Shown: positions 1 to 12,509 of the stretch, piece after piece
How positions within the stretch are numbered: position 1 is the first letter of the stretch
Layout: the number at the start of each line of letters is the position of its first letter
Source of the DNA: Gemmatimonas sp.
GTDB taxonomy: Bacteria > Gemmatimonadota > Gemmatimonadetes > Gemmatimonadales > Gemmatimonadaceae
Direction of reading: 5' to 3'
Length of the DNA stretch: 64,000 bases
Assembly (NCBI GenBank): GCA_965279375.1
Contig: OZ257156.1
Location: 160,001-224,000 of the forward strand
Made by a program: the position numbers and the translations under genes
The notes under the pieces: generated by a model
The model's input: only the letters and a program-made list of their open reading frames with translations
Database searches by the model: none
Told to the model about the DNA's origin: nothing

Positions 1-548
1 TCGAAGCGAATCGACGTGGGCTGATGCTGCGCGAGTGCATCGAGCGCACCCGGAATCTCGCGCGGAATGCCAGCGCCCATGAGGATCACATCGACGTTGG
101 CCAGCATTGCGCCGTAGAGCGTCGGGAGCGTCGGCATCTGGATCTTGGTCAGGAGATTCATCCCCACCATGCCGTCGTGCCCTTCCTTGGCCAGCCACAC
201 CTCCACGAACGCGGCCAGTACGGTGATCTGCTGTCGGAGCAACGATGCCTCCTGGCGATACAACGGCAGCAGACGATACGGCTGCCCGGCGGCGCGTCCA
301 CCCTCGAGGAAGTACCCCTTCTCGACGTAGGCCACCACTTCGCGCAGAGGGAAGTGCGACATCGCACGACGCATGTCGCCATGCGGGTCGCCATCCTGAA
401 GTCGGCGAATGAACACGGTGTCCAGCGCCGTGCCGGAAACCACACCCAGCTGTCCGCGCTGCGCGACCGATCGCGCCATGCGCCAGTTGGAGACGGCGAT
501 GCCCATGCCGCCCTGGATGATTCGGGGAAAGCCTGCAGTCACAGTCAT
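1..548 (-). CDS. Nitronate monooxygenase / 2-nitropropane dioxygenase family flavin oxidoreductase (5' part; runs off the window edge)
   Basis: Not in the ORF track. Manual translation from ATG 548 gives MTVTAGFPRIIQGGMGIAVSNWRMARSVAQRGQLGVVSGTA...VGMNLLTKIQ...DVILMGAGIP. IIQGGMG and GAGIP are family motifs. Confidence 0.85.
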   Translation of the reverse strand, partial: MTVTAGFPRIIQGGMGIAVSNWRMARSVAQRGQLGVVSGTALDTVFIRRLQDGDPHGDMRRAMSHFPLREVVAYVEKGYFLEGGRAAGQPYRLLPLYRQEASLLRQQITVLAAFVEVWLAKEGHDGMVGMNLLTKIQMPTLPTLYGAMLANVDVILMGAGIPREIPGALDALAQHQPTSIRF

Positions 549-752
549 GGCGTCTCGATAGGGGAGCGCGCACCGCGCTCGAATTGGTCAGCTACCACTG
601 CAGGGTACCCCACGCGCAGGTCCGACGTAATTCGCGAACCCCTGACAGCGCTGTGGGGGATACGCTGGGACGAGGCGATGTGCACGCCTCGCTTGACCGA
701 GCGCGACGGATCACCAATAGTGGCCGCATCCCGCAGCCACGGAACTCGCCGA

Positions 753-1772
753 ATGCCGTATTACCACTCGCTCAACCCGGCCAAACCGGAAGACCGTCGC
801 ACCGCGGAGGGGCTGCTTCGACTCCGCGCCGCGCTCGCGCAGGAAATTCCGGCCAAGACCACAGAGTCCACGCTCCTCATCGCGTCGTGGAACCTGCGCG
901 AGTTCGGCGGCAACGTACTCGGTGGCCGCGAGCGCGAACCGCTGTTCTACATCGCCGAGATCATGAGCGCGTTCGATATCATCGCGGTGCAGGAGGTACG
1001 CGACAATCTCGAGGCGCTCGACCAGCTGATGAATATCCTCGGGAGCTGGTGGGACTACCTCGTCACAGACGTCACGCCGGGCGCGCAGGGCAATCGTGAA
1101 CGGCTCGCGTTCGTGTTCGACAAACGCAAAGTCGTCTTTGGCGGACTCGCGGGCGAAATCTCACCGCAGGCGGAAAAGGGCGAAGACGGCTTGCTCACAT
1201 CACCGCAAGCGTTCGCGCGGTCACCCTACCTCGCAGGCTTTCGCGCCGGCTGGTTCAAGTTCTCGCTCTGCACCGGGCACCTGTACTACGGCCTCTCCAA
1301 GCCGGACGACCCGCAGCGCGTTGTCGAGACGGAACAGCTGGTCGCGATGCTGCAAAAGCGGCTCGACGCCAAGGATCGCTGGGCGCGCAACATCGTCCTG
1401 CTCGGCGATTTCAACGTCTTCAGCAACGACGACGCGATGTTCAAGAAGCTCTACACCGTCTTCAAGCAGCCGCCCGGGCTGGCCACGGTGAAATCGAATC
1501 AGGATCGCACCAAGCCGTTCGATCAGCTCGCCTTCCTCTCGACGTCGAACATGAACGTCATCGACGATTCGAAAAGCGGTGTGTTCGACTACTATCAACA
1601 GGTGTATCGCGCGCAGGACGAAGCGGCGTACAACCGCGGCACCTCCAAACTCAGCTTCAAACAGTGGCGCAGCTACAAGATGAGCGATCATCTGCCGATC
1701 TGGTGCGAGGTAGGCATCGACTTCGGCATCGACTACCTGCAGGGGAAGGCGAAGGTCCCCGAACCCAGGTAG
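753..1772 (+). CDS. Endonuclease/exonuclease/phosphatase (EEP, DNase I-like) family protein
   Basis: SWNLREF, QEV, GDFN and SDHLP motifs. Start placed at ATG 753 because the upstream part of track ORF 24..1772 is antisense to the 1..548 gene. Confidence 0.85.
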   Translation: MPYYHSLNPAKPEDRRTAEGLLRLRAALAQEIPAKTTESTLLIASWNLREFGGNVLGGREREPLFYIAEIMSAFDIIAVQEVRDNLEALDQLMNILGSWWDYLVTDVTPGAQGNRERLAFVFDKRKVVFGGLAGEISPQAEKGEDGLLTSPQAFARSPYLAGFRAGWFKFSLCTGHLYYGLSKPDDPQRVVETEQLVAMLQKRLDAKDRWARNIVLLGDFNVFSNDDAMFKKLYTVFKQPPGLATVKSNQDRTKPFDQLAFLSTSNMNVIDDSKSGVFDYYQQVYRAQDEAAYNRGTSKLSFKQWRSYKMSDHLPIWCEVGIDFGIDYLQGKAKVPEPR

Positions 1773-1776
1773 CGGC

Positions 1777-4606
<2,830 letters not shown>

Positions 4607-4657
4607 TCGACTCTTGCACCTGTGGAAACCGGACGTTAGACGTCCGGTGATGGCCTC

Positions 4658-5572
4658 ATGAGCGCGGCGCTCAAACAGTATCTCGCCTTTCGCCGATCGC
4701 TGCCGCCCAGACCACCGCTGGAACGGGTCGTGGTGCGAGCTCGCGGTCTCGACTTCGCCGTGTGCCGTACGCCCGCGGTGCGCGGCGCATTGCCGTTGCT
4801 CTGCATCAACGGCGGCCTGCTCTTCGGCCACGAACTGCTCTGGCCCGCACTCGCGCCACTCGCACAGCATCGGCAGTTGATTTTCTACGACCAGCGGGGC
4901 CGAGGCGCGTCAGCCGTTCCACCGGGCATCAACGCGTCGCGCATCACGTTTGACGGCGATGACGCACCTGCGCTGCGACGTGCGCTCGGCATCGATCGAT
5001 GGGACGTCCTGGGGCACTCGTGGGGCGGCGGTATAGCGATGCTGGCCACCGCGGCCGATCAGGAAGCGGTACGCCGACTTGTGTTGGTGTGCGCCGTGGG
5101 TGTGACGGGCGACTGGCTTCCCGGCCTGCACGACGCCGCACTCGCGCGCCTCCCTGAAGCGCAGCGCGATACACTCGCCGCATTCGACACAGCCCGGCTG
5201 CGTGAGCCCGATCTCGCTTACCATGCCGCGTACACGAAAGCGTTCTTCCCGGCGTACTTCGCCGATCCCACCTTCGCGTCCGCCATCACGCCACCGACCG
5301 GCACCAGTCACACCGGCGCCGTGATTGCCGCGCGACTGCGCACCGAGGGCTACGACTGGAGCGATCGCGTGCGTGACGTGCGCACGCCAACGCTCGTCGT
5401 CCATGGCGCCGCGGACATTCTGCCAACCAGCCTTGGCGAACGCACTGCGCGCACTCTTTCCAACGCCCTGCTGCTCACCTTGCCGGGCGTTGGTCACAAC
5501 CCGTTCTGGGAAGCGCCCGCAACGTTCTTCGCCGACGTGGACGCCTTCCTGCGCGCGGAGCCACCTTCCTAG
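4658..5572 (+). CDS. Alpha/beta hydrolase (proline iminopeptidase-like)
   Basis: YDQRGRG, GHSWGG, C-terminal GH catalytic His. Confidence 0.85.
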   Translation: MSAALKQYLAFRRSLPPRPPLERVVVRARGLDFAVCRTPAVRGALPLLCINGGLLFGHELLWPALAPLAQHRQLIFYDQRGRGASAVPPGINASRITFDGDDAPALRRALGIDRWDVLGHSWGGGIAMLATAADQEAVRRLVLVCAVGVTGDWLPGLHDAALARLPEAQRDTLAAFDTARLREPDLAYHAAYTKAFFPAYFADPTFASAITPPTGTSHTGAVIAARLRTEGYDWSDRVRDVRTPTLVVHGAADILPTSLGERTARTLSNALLLTLPGVGHNPFWEAPATFFADVDAFLRAEPPS

Positions 5573-5582
5573 CTCGCACTAC

Positions 5583-6419
5583 ATGAGACTCGCCGAACGT
5601 CTGCTGCTCGTGTGTGTCGCAGCGCTGGCGGGTTTCATCGGAACACAGACGCTGCAATCGCAGCGCACTGCGGAGCATCGCGAGGTCGCCGGCGCAATCG
5701 CCCCAACGCATTCGGCGCGTTCAAGTGATGCGGTCGGCAGCGTCGAATATGTCGCCGCGCTGCGCACCGAAGCGTCATTCGGCACCACCAGCCCGGAAGT
5801 CAGCACCGTTGCCGAGCGCGCTCCAAGCAGCACCACGCCGCGTTCACTCGAGCCGCGCGAACTACGAATGCGCCTCTCCATCGGAGCCTTCGGCACCTAC
5901 ATCGACGATCTCGTCAACGCCCGCGACTCCGCCATCACGCGCTGGCCCGATCGCCTCTCCACACCGCTTCGCGTCTGGATCGCCGAAGCGGAGAACGTGC
6001 CGGGGTGGAACAGCGACTTCATGCCCGCTGTACGCGACGCCTTCGACACCTGGGTGCAGGTGGGCGTGCCCGTGCACTTCACGTTCGTGGTCGACTCGAG
6101 CACCGCCGACGTGCACGTCGGCTTCGTCGAGCGCTTCAACAACGGCATCAGCGGCAAGACCACCTGGAGTCGCAACGCCGCATTCTGGCTCGTCTCGAGC
6201 GAGATCACGCTCGGCGTCGCCCATCCCACCGGCGGCACTGTCTCACCGCCGCAGATGCGCGCCATCGCCCTGCACGAGGTCGGACACCTGCTCGGCCTCG
6301 ATCACTCGCGCGATCTCGACAACATCATGTCGGCCCGCATTCGCGTGCGAGAACTGACGGAAGCTGACCGCGCCACGGTGCGGCTGCTGTATTCCGTGCC
6401 AGCTGGCTCCGTCAAGTAA
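5583..6419 (+). CDS. Matrixin (M10/metzincin) metalloprotease with N-terminal signal/anchor
   Basis: HEVGHLLGLDH zinc motif and Met-turn (NIM). ATG 5583 precedes a hydrophobic segment. Confidence 0.85.
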   Translation: MRLAERLLLVCVAALAGFIGTQTLQSQRTAEHREVAGAIAPTHSARSSDAVGSVEYVAALRTEASFGTTSPEVSTVAERAPSSTTPRSLEPRELRMRLSIGAFGTYIDDLVNARDSAITRWPDRLSTPLRVWIAEAENVPGWNSDFMPAVRDAFDTWVQVGVPVHFTFVVDSSTADVHVGFVERFNNGISGKTTWSRNAAFWLVSSEITLGVAHPTGGTVSPPQMRAIALHEVGHLLGLDHSRDLDNIMSARIRVRELTEADRATVRLLYSVPAGSVK

Positions 6420-6717
6420 CATCGGCCGTTGGTCGCCGCAGCCGTTCGAACGAGATCGGCAGCGTAAGCGAGCTCATCATTGCCGAAATATCGCGAGCGT
6501 TAGCGAGCTCGACTTCTGCCACGAAATCACCGGCGAGCTCGACCTTAAATCGCGGGTTTTCAGAGTGAAAACGGGTGCTTTTGCAACGATTCGCCAACTC
6601 CCACGATTCTGTGCGAAATGACCTCTTGACGCTCATGCGTGTTGCACCAAGATTGTCCCACAGCGAGGACGGTCACGGTATGCCCGCACCGCTGTCCCTT
6701 TCACCTATCAGCGATTC

Positions 6718-7389
6718 ATGAAGAACCTCCGCAGCCGTCTGTTTGCCGCCGTACTCGGCGCCTCCGCGCTTGCCTTCGCGCCCGCGGCGCAGGCGCAGAC
6801 GCTCTCCGGTCGCATGACCGTCGACAACTACTTCACGGCATACCTGAGCACGAGCGCGACCTCGCTCGGGACCGCTCTCATCAGCGGCAGCAACTGGCCG
6901 AGCACGTACTCGTTCAGCACGCAGCTGAATCAGGGTCAGAACTACTTCCTGCACATTGCGGCTGGTGACTACGGCGTCATCTCCGGCGTGCTGGGATCGT
7001 TCTCGCTGGCCGGCTCTGGCTTCCAGTTCGCCAACGGACAGCAGACGCTCAACACCAACACGACCAACTGGACGGCCAGCCTCGGCGCGACGCTGCCTTC
7101 AGCCGGTGGCCCGCAGGTCAACCCGCCCGTGTCTTTCGCGAGCCCGGTTGGCGCGCTTCCGACGGGCATTCGCAGCCAGGGCACGAACGGCGTGAACCCG
7201 TGGGGCAATCAGTTCCCGACGATCTCGTCGCAGGCCCAGTGGATCTGGACCACGGACAACTGCATCAACTGCGGCCGCTACTTCACGACGGTCATCACGT
7301 CGACGGTTCCTGAGCCCAGCACGTGGGCGCTCATGGCGACCGGCTTGGTCGCGATCGTGGTCGTCGGACGTCGTCGCCGCTCGGTCTAA
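6718..7389 (+). CDS. PEP-CTERM sorting domain protein
   Basis: Signal peptide (AQA), C-terminal VPEPSTWALM + TM + RRRR. Confidence 0.92.
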   Translation: MKNLRSRLFAAVLGASALAFAPAAQAQTLSGRMTVDNYFTAYLSTSATSLGTALISGSNWPSTYSFSTQLNQGQNYFLHIAAGDYGVISGVLGSFSLAGSGFQFANGQQTLNTNTTNWTASLGATLPSAGGPQVNPPVSFASPVGALPTGIRSQGTNGVNPWGNQFPTISSQAQWIWTTDNCINCGRYFTTVITSTVPEPSTWALMATGLVAIVVVGRRRRSV

Positions 7390-7410
7390 GCGACGCAGCA
7401 GCAAACAAGG

Positions 7411-7450
7411 CGGGGCGGAGAGACGACACTGTCTCTCCGCCCCGTTTCTA
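7411..7450 (+). terminator. Intrinsic terminator after the PEP-CTERM gene
   Basis: 14-bp stem cggggcggagagac / gtctctccgccccg with a 6-nt loop, followed by TTTCTATTT. Confidence 0.8.
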
Positions 7451-7625
7451 TTTGCGGCATCGAGAGCGGTGCTCCGGCAGGGCGTAGACGGCAGCAAGCG
7501 CCTGCAGCGCGGCCGGACTGACAGCACACGTTCGACAGAGGCCACCAGGATGAACGTTCCCGGTGGCCCCCGAATCACCCGACGCAGGCCGAGCCCGAGA
7601 GGCTCGGCAATGGCACTTCGATTCG

Positions 7626-9002
7626 CTACCAGCGCACCGTCACGGTACGCGGTGCCGCGCCACGCGCAACGACCGTCAGCTTGACCTCGCGCGATCCACT
7701 CGCGGAGAAGGCGCGACGCATGACCGTGAAATCGCGCACCGGCGCACCATTGACGGCACGGATCACCTCGCCCGCACGAATGCCGGCGTCCGCCACAGGC
7801 GTGCCAACCGGAGCACGCATCACCAGTAGCCCCGGCTCAACTCCCAGGCTCTGGGCAAAGTCCTCGTCCACTACCGACAGCTGCGCGCCCGCGATGACCG
7901 CGATCCCCGTGCTCGGAAAGAGCAGACCGGTGGGCGGCAACGGCACAGGAGGCGACGCCGGGGGAGGCGGCGACGGCGGCACGACGTTGAAGCTGAACGT
8001 ACTCGACATCTCGCACACGGAGCCCGTGCTGCAGGTGGAGCGAACGACCGAGACATTGCGATCCGACTGCGGACGCGCCGCCACGGTGACCGGATACTCG
8101 CGTGTACGCGCCCCGCGCCTCACGCGCATGCGAAGGACCTGACCGGGTACCAGCAGCTCACCGTAGTTCACCACATGCAACCGCACGTCGCGACCGTTGT
8201 ACGCCGTCACCGTATCGCCCGCGATGATTCCCGCCTTCTCCACCGGCGAGCCCGCGTCCACCGCTTCGATCACCGGATAGTCGCAGTAGTTGGTCAGCGG
8301 CCCGTCCGGAGACATCACCGTGATCTTCGATTCGGACAGATGCATCCCGAGCCAGCCCGCCGGCGATGACGAGCGCAACGGCGCGCGACTCGGCGTGCCG
8401 CTGCGCGCCGCCTCGGCGAATGCCGCGATCTGCGGCTGCATCGAACGGATCGCGATTTCGATTTCCGGACCCATCATGCGCAGCGAACTGTCCATCATCG
8501 GCGCGATCGTCCGAAGGCTGCCCTCGAGGATCGGCGTGACGGCCCGCAAACCATTCTCCATCGTCTCGAACAGCATCACGTTCGGCGTGAGCAGTCGTCC
8601 ACCCACCATACGCGGAATCGAATCACCACGCCGAATCGTGATCGACTCGCCGTCGCTGCCATCGGGGTTCTTGTAGCGCACCACGATCTGCATCAGCGAA
8701 TCGACACCACGCTGCGCGCGCGAAATGCGACGGATGTCCAACGTGCGATTCGAATCCGTGCGCTGTCCGACCAGCACGGCCGCGTTGTCGAGCTCTCGCT
8801 TGAGGCGCAACAACGCGCGCCCCTCGGGACCATCGGTCAGCATCGTCGGCGATGAGGTCAACTCCACACAACGCGCCGACGAGACGCTGCTCGTGGACGT
8901 GACTCGCTGACGCGTCTGCTGGGCGTCGGCACTGTGCAGCGCGACGCCGCCGAGCGTCAGCGCTGCGATCGCGCGATAGCGGGCGAGGAGTATCGGTCGC
9001 AT
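7626..9002 (-). CDS. Secreted tandem-PDZ domain protein (no recognisable protease domain)
   Basis: Signal peptide. Two PDZ-like units (GWLGM...GSPVEKAGIIAGD; GTPVADAGIRAGEVIRAVNG). ATGA overlap with the upstream gene. Confidence 0.75.
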   Translation of the reverse strand: MRPILLARYRAIAALTLGGVALHSADAQQTRQRVTSTSSVSSARCVELTSSPTMLTDGPEGRALLRLKRELDNAAVLVGQRTDSNRTLDIRRISRAQRGVDSLMQIVVRYKNPDGSDGESITIRRGDSIPRMVGGRLLTPNVMLFETMENGLRAVTPILEGSLRTIAPMMDSSLRMMGPEIEIAIRSMQPQIAAFAEAARSGTPSRAPLRSSSPAGWLGMHLSESKITVMSPDGPLTNYCDYPVIEAVDAGSPVEKAGIIAGDTVTAYNGRDVRLHVVNYGELLVPGQVLRMRVRRGARTREYPVTVAARPQSDRNVSVVRSTCSTGSVCEMSSTFSFNVVPPSPPPPASPPVPLPPTGLLFPSTGIAVIAGAQLSVVDEDFAQSLGVEPGLLVMRAPVGTPVADAGIRAGEVIRAVNGAPVRDFTVMRRAFSASGSREVKLTVVARGAAPRTVTVRW

Positions 9003-9811
9003 CAGTAACCTTCGATCGTCTTGTCCACCGGCAACGCGCTGCTCAACTGCTGCAACGTGGCCTCACGCGCGGTGGAAGCGGACAGGAAATAGTGATTCAA
9101 CACCGGATCCTGCGGGGCATCGCGCAGCGCGGCCCGCGAGGCCGCCATCATCTGGTCGAGCGCCGCCAGACGCGCACGATACACATCCGGCGAACGCACC
9201 GTCGTGTCGTTGGCGGCCAACCACAACGACGCCCGCTCGTACTCACGCTGCGCCGTGGTGAGCACCTCGGTCGCCTGCGCAACGGACGCGAACGACTCGA
9301 CATTGCTGCGCGATGCTGGTTGCAGACTCGTCGCACCATCGCGCGCAGCGGTCGCGACGCGTCCGCTCGTGCCTGAAGCGAGGTCCGTCCTCGCGCTCGC
9401 CGACCATCGCCCCGCCACCACGCCGGTCGCCATCAAGGCGATGGCCGCTGCGGCCTGCATCCACATCGGCAACGCGCGCGGCGCGCCAGCAGCCGCGGTC
9501 ACGCCGCCGCCCCGCGTGATGCGCGCGCTCGACCCGTCCAAGGCCCGCACCACCAGCGGCGACTCCGACGCGACGGCATCCGACGCGCTCGTGAGCAGTC
9601 CCTCGCGGCGCAGTGCCACCGACAGCGAATCCCAGTCGGACACGCGCGAAGTCTCCGCGTGCGCGTACTCCCCAACCGCGCGCTGCAGCAGCGCCTCGTA
9701 TGAAGCACGCTCGGTGCGGCATTCGGCGCATGCGCTCAGATGCGCGAGCTCCTCAGGGGTCGGGAGCTCGTCGGCCAGCGCGGCCAGTCGTTCAGAATCC
9801 AGGTGCGGCAT
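9002..9811 (-). CDS. Putative ZAS-type membrane anti-sigma factor
   Basis: Start MPHLDSERL, HxxxCxxC motif (HLSACAEC), one TM helix, directly downstream of the ECF sigma. Confidence 0.75.
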   Translation of the reverse strand: MPHLDSERLAALADELPTPEELAHLSACAECRTERASYEALLQRAVGEYAHAETSRVSDWDSLSVALRREGLLTSASDAVASESPLVVRALDGSSARITRGGGVTAAAGAPRALPMWMQAAAAIALMATGVVAGRWSASARTDLASGTSGRVATAARDGATSLQPASRSNVESFASVAQATEVLTTAQREYERASLWLAANDTTVRSPDVYRARLAALDQMMAASRAALRDAPQDPVLNHYFLSASTAREATLQQLSSALPVDKTIEGY

Positions 9812-10391
9812 AGCTGCGTTCAGTCCGGCCGGCATCAGGTACGTCGACGAGCGGTGCGAGGAGCCGGCGAAGCTTCGCACGCGCTTTGAACAGTTGTGAC
9901 TTGGACCCACCACTCGTAATCCCCAGCTCCTGCGCGATCTCTTCGTGGGTGTATCCCTCGACGTCATGCAAGAGAAACACCATGCGTGCACCGGGGGAGA
10001 GTCGCCGCGTGGCCTCGCTGATGGTGGCCGCGAGCATGCTCCGCTCCCCGTCCTGCTCCACAAACGCGGAATCCTCTTCGATCCCGGTCTCCGCCGCAGC
10101 CAGCCGCTTCACACGGCGCAGGGCGTTGAGCGCCCGATTGATCGCCACGCGATGCACCCACGTGCTGAACTTCGCGTCCCCGCGCCACGATGGCAGGGCA
10201 CGAAAGATCTGGATCCAGACTTCCTGCGCGATGTCCTCGGCAAGGTCGGGATCTCCGGCGAGTCGACGAACGACGGCGTCCACGTGCGGCGCATGCTGGT
10301 TCCACAGCAGCCGCATCGCCCGCTCGTCGCCGTCGATCGCCCGTCGGACGATGGCTGCGTCAGTCTCCATGGGGTCTGCCCAATCTGTCAC
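9792..10391 (-). CDS. ECF-family RNA polymerase sigma factor
   Basis: Region 2 (AEDIAQEVW...FSTWVHRVAIN) and region 4 (HDVEGYTHEEIA...SKSQLFKAR). Start could be the downstream ATG (METD). Confidence 0.92.
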   Translation of the reverse strand: MTDWADPMETDAAIVRRAIDGDERAMRLLWNQHAPHVDAVVRRLAGDPDLAEDIAQEVWIQIFRALPSWRGDAKFSTWVHRVAINRALNALRRVKRLAAAETGIEEDSAFVEQDGERSMLAATISEATRRLSPGARMVFLLHDVEGYTHEEIAQELGITSGGSKSQLFKARAKLRRLLAPLVDVPDAGRTERSYAAPGF

Positions 10392-10576
10392 CTCCAGCCC
10401 CCGGCAGGGTTGCCTTCGATGAACACAATCGTGGAGAGAGTGGAAAAGGTGGTATCGACAGGCCCGCCGCGGGGTTCTGTGATATGAGCAAAACTTGACG
10501 GGCTCCTTCGCGGGCCTTAGATGCTCATGACGCCGCCGCCGGCACCATCAGACATTCCTACGCAGGTCGACCGACT

Positions 10577-12091
10577 CTGTTACTCGTCGCCGCATTCGCC
10601 CTCGCGCTCGTGGTGCCCCCGTCCAACGGACTCCCCTCGGGAGAACCGTCGGCGGTCGGCATGTCCGCGGCCCGCCTCTCCACGATCGATCGGGTCGTGC
10701 AGCGTGGGCTCGACGCCGGCGGCTACCCGGGCGCGTCGGTCGTGGTGGGACGCAAAGGGTTCAGCGTCTGGTCCCGCGGTTTCGGGGCGCTCGACTGGAG
10801 CGGCAAGAACGCGGTCACGGCCAACAACAGCATCTACGACCTCGCCTCGCTGACCAAAGTCGTCGGCACCACCACGGCGATCATGGTCCTCTATGACCAG
10901 GGCAAGATCGATCTCGACGCCCCGGTCTCGCGCTACCTCCCCTCCTTCACCGGAGGGCTCAAGGACCAGGTCACGGTCCGCCACCTGCTCACGCACCGCG
11001 CCGGCCTTCCCGCCGGCCGAGAGCTCTGGCGCATCGCCAATACACCGGCTGAAGCGCGCGAAGCGGTGCTTAACGCCCCGATCCAGTGCACGCCGGGCGT
11101 GTGCTACGAATACTCCGATCTGGGCGCGGACATCCTCGGCTTCGTCGCCGAAGCTGCCTCCGGCGTCACGCTCGACGTGTTCCTGCGGCGCAACGTGTTC
11201 GAGAAGCTGGGGATGACCGACACGCACTACCGCCTCGACGCCATCGACATCGAGCGGACGGCCCCCACGGAAATCGCTCCGCCGCGTGGCTATCCGCTGC
11301 GCGGTGAGGTCCACGACGAGAATGCGTGGGCGCTCGGCGGGATAGCCGGCCACGCGGGCTTGTTCAGCACCGCGTCGGATCTGTCCGTTTTCGCGCAAAT
11401 GCTGCTGGACGGGGGCACCTACAACGGCGTCCGCGTCATCGCCGATTCCACGGTCAGCCTGTTCACCAAGCGCGCCGCCGGACACCGCGCGCTTGGCTGG
11501 GATACCTGCGTCGGCGGTGCCGGCTGCGGGCAGTACCTCTCGGAGCGCGCCTACGGGCACACCGGATTTACGGGCACGTCGCTCTGGATCGATCCGGATC
11601 GGCACATGTTCGTCATCCTGCTGACGAACCGGGTGCACGCGGCCCGCGCACGGCGTCCCTCCAAGGTCATCGCTGACGTCCGCAACGACCTCGCCGACGC
11701 GGCCGTCCTCGCCGTCATGGACGACCCCAACGGCGTGTTGGCCATGCCGGCCAGCTTCCGCGCCGACAAGGCGGAAGACTGGAACCGTCCGTTGCGTTCG
11801 AGTCGCGCCCGCAGCTCCGCCGCTCGTCGGCGCGCGGCCGCGGCCAGGCGTGCCAAATCCGGCAAGGCCTCCGCCAAGTCGTCATCGAAGTCATCTTCGA
11901 AGTCATCTTCGAAGTCGTCCGCCAAGCCCGCCTCGGCGAGCTCTGCCAGAGGCTCGAAGTCGTCCAAGGCATCCGCCAGCAAGTCGACGAAGGGCAAGTC
12001 GTCGGCGAAGTCTTCGAGCAAGTCGACATCCAAGTCGACGGCCAGGAAGAAGCCGCCCACCAAGTCATCGCGGTCAGGCAAGACGCGCTGA
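10577..12091 (+). CDS. Serine hydrolase (beta-lactamase class C-like) with a Ser/Lys-rich basic C-terminal tail
   Basis: SLTK (SxxK), YSD, GHTGFTG. Start uncertain: CTG 10577 restores a hydrophobic signal, GTG 10610 is the alternative. Confidence 0.85.
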   Translation: MLLVAAFALALVVPPSNGLPSGEPSAVGMSAARLSTIDRVVQRGLDAGGYPGASVVVGRKGFSVWSRGFGALDWSGKNAVTANNSIYDLASLTKVVGTTTAIMVLYDQGKIDLDAPVSRYLPSFTGGLKDQVTVRHLLTHRAGLPAGRELWRIANTPAEAREAVLNAPIQCTPGVCYEYSDLGADILGFVAEAASGVTLDVFLRRNVFEKLGMTDTHYRLDAIDIERTAPTEIAPPRGYPLRGEVHDENAWALGGIAGHAGLFSTASDLSVFAQMLLDGGTYNGVRVIADSTVSLFTKRAAGHRALGWDTCVGGAGCGQYLSERAYGHTGFTGTSLWIDPDRHMFVILLTNRVHAARARRPSKVIADVRNDLADAAVLAVMDDPNGVLAMPASFRADKAEDWNRPLRSSRARSSAARRRAAAARRAKSGKASAKSSSKSSSKSSSKSSAKPASASSARGSKSSKASASKSTKGKSSAKSSSKSTSKSTARKKPPTKSSRSGKTR

Positions 12092-12131
12092 AGTTGCGGT
12101 CGCCTGCTATGTTTCGGCCATGGAGGAGCTC

Positions 12132-12509
12132 ATGACCGACGAAACCATGTCCGCCCAAGGCGAGACCACGGACTCAATCCCGACAGATGCGATCCCGGTG
12201 GCTGAGGGTGGTGCTATCTCGGCCGATCAAGCGCGCCTCGTGCTTCGTCGCGTGAAAGATCCGGAGCTCAACCTCAACATCGTCGATCTCGGGCTCGTCT
12301 ACGACATTACCGTCGAAGGCACCGCCGTGCGTGTCGACATGAGCCTCACCTCGCCCGGCTGCCCGTCAGGCCCGGAGATCATGGGAGAGGCCGAGCAGCA
12401 GTTGAAGACCATCCCGGGTATCGGCGAAGTGACCATGAATCTCATCTGGTCGCCGCCCTGGACACCGGAGCGCATCGAGCCGCGCGTGCGCGCGTACATG
12501 GGGTTCTAG
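12132..12509 (+). CDS. DUF59 / SufT-like metal-sulfur cluster assembly factor
   Basis: DPE...NIVDLGLVY...LTSPGCP...WSPPW. GGAGGA RBS before ATG 12132; alternative ATG at 12120. Confidence 0.9.
   Translation: MTDETMSAQGETTDSIPTDAIPVAEGGAISADQARLVLRRVKDPELNLNIVDLGLVYDITVEGTAVRVDMSLTSPGCPSGPEIMGEAEQQLKTIPGIGEVTMNLIWSPPWTPERIEPRVRAYMGF

Noticed and set aside
24..752. N-terminal extension of track ORF 24..1772
   Set aside because: Antisense shadow of the minus-strand nitronate monooxygenase gene. The EEP-like sequence begins near ATG 753.
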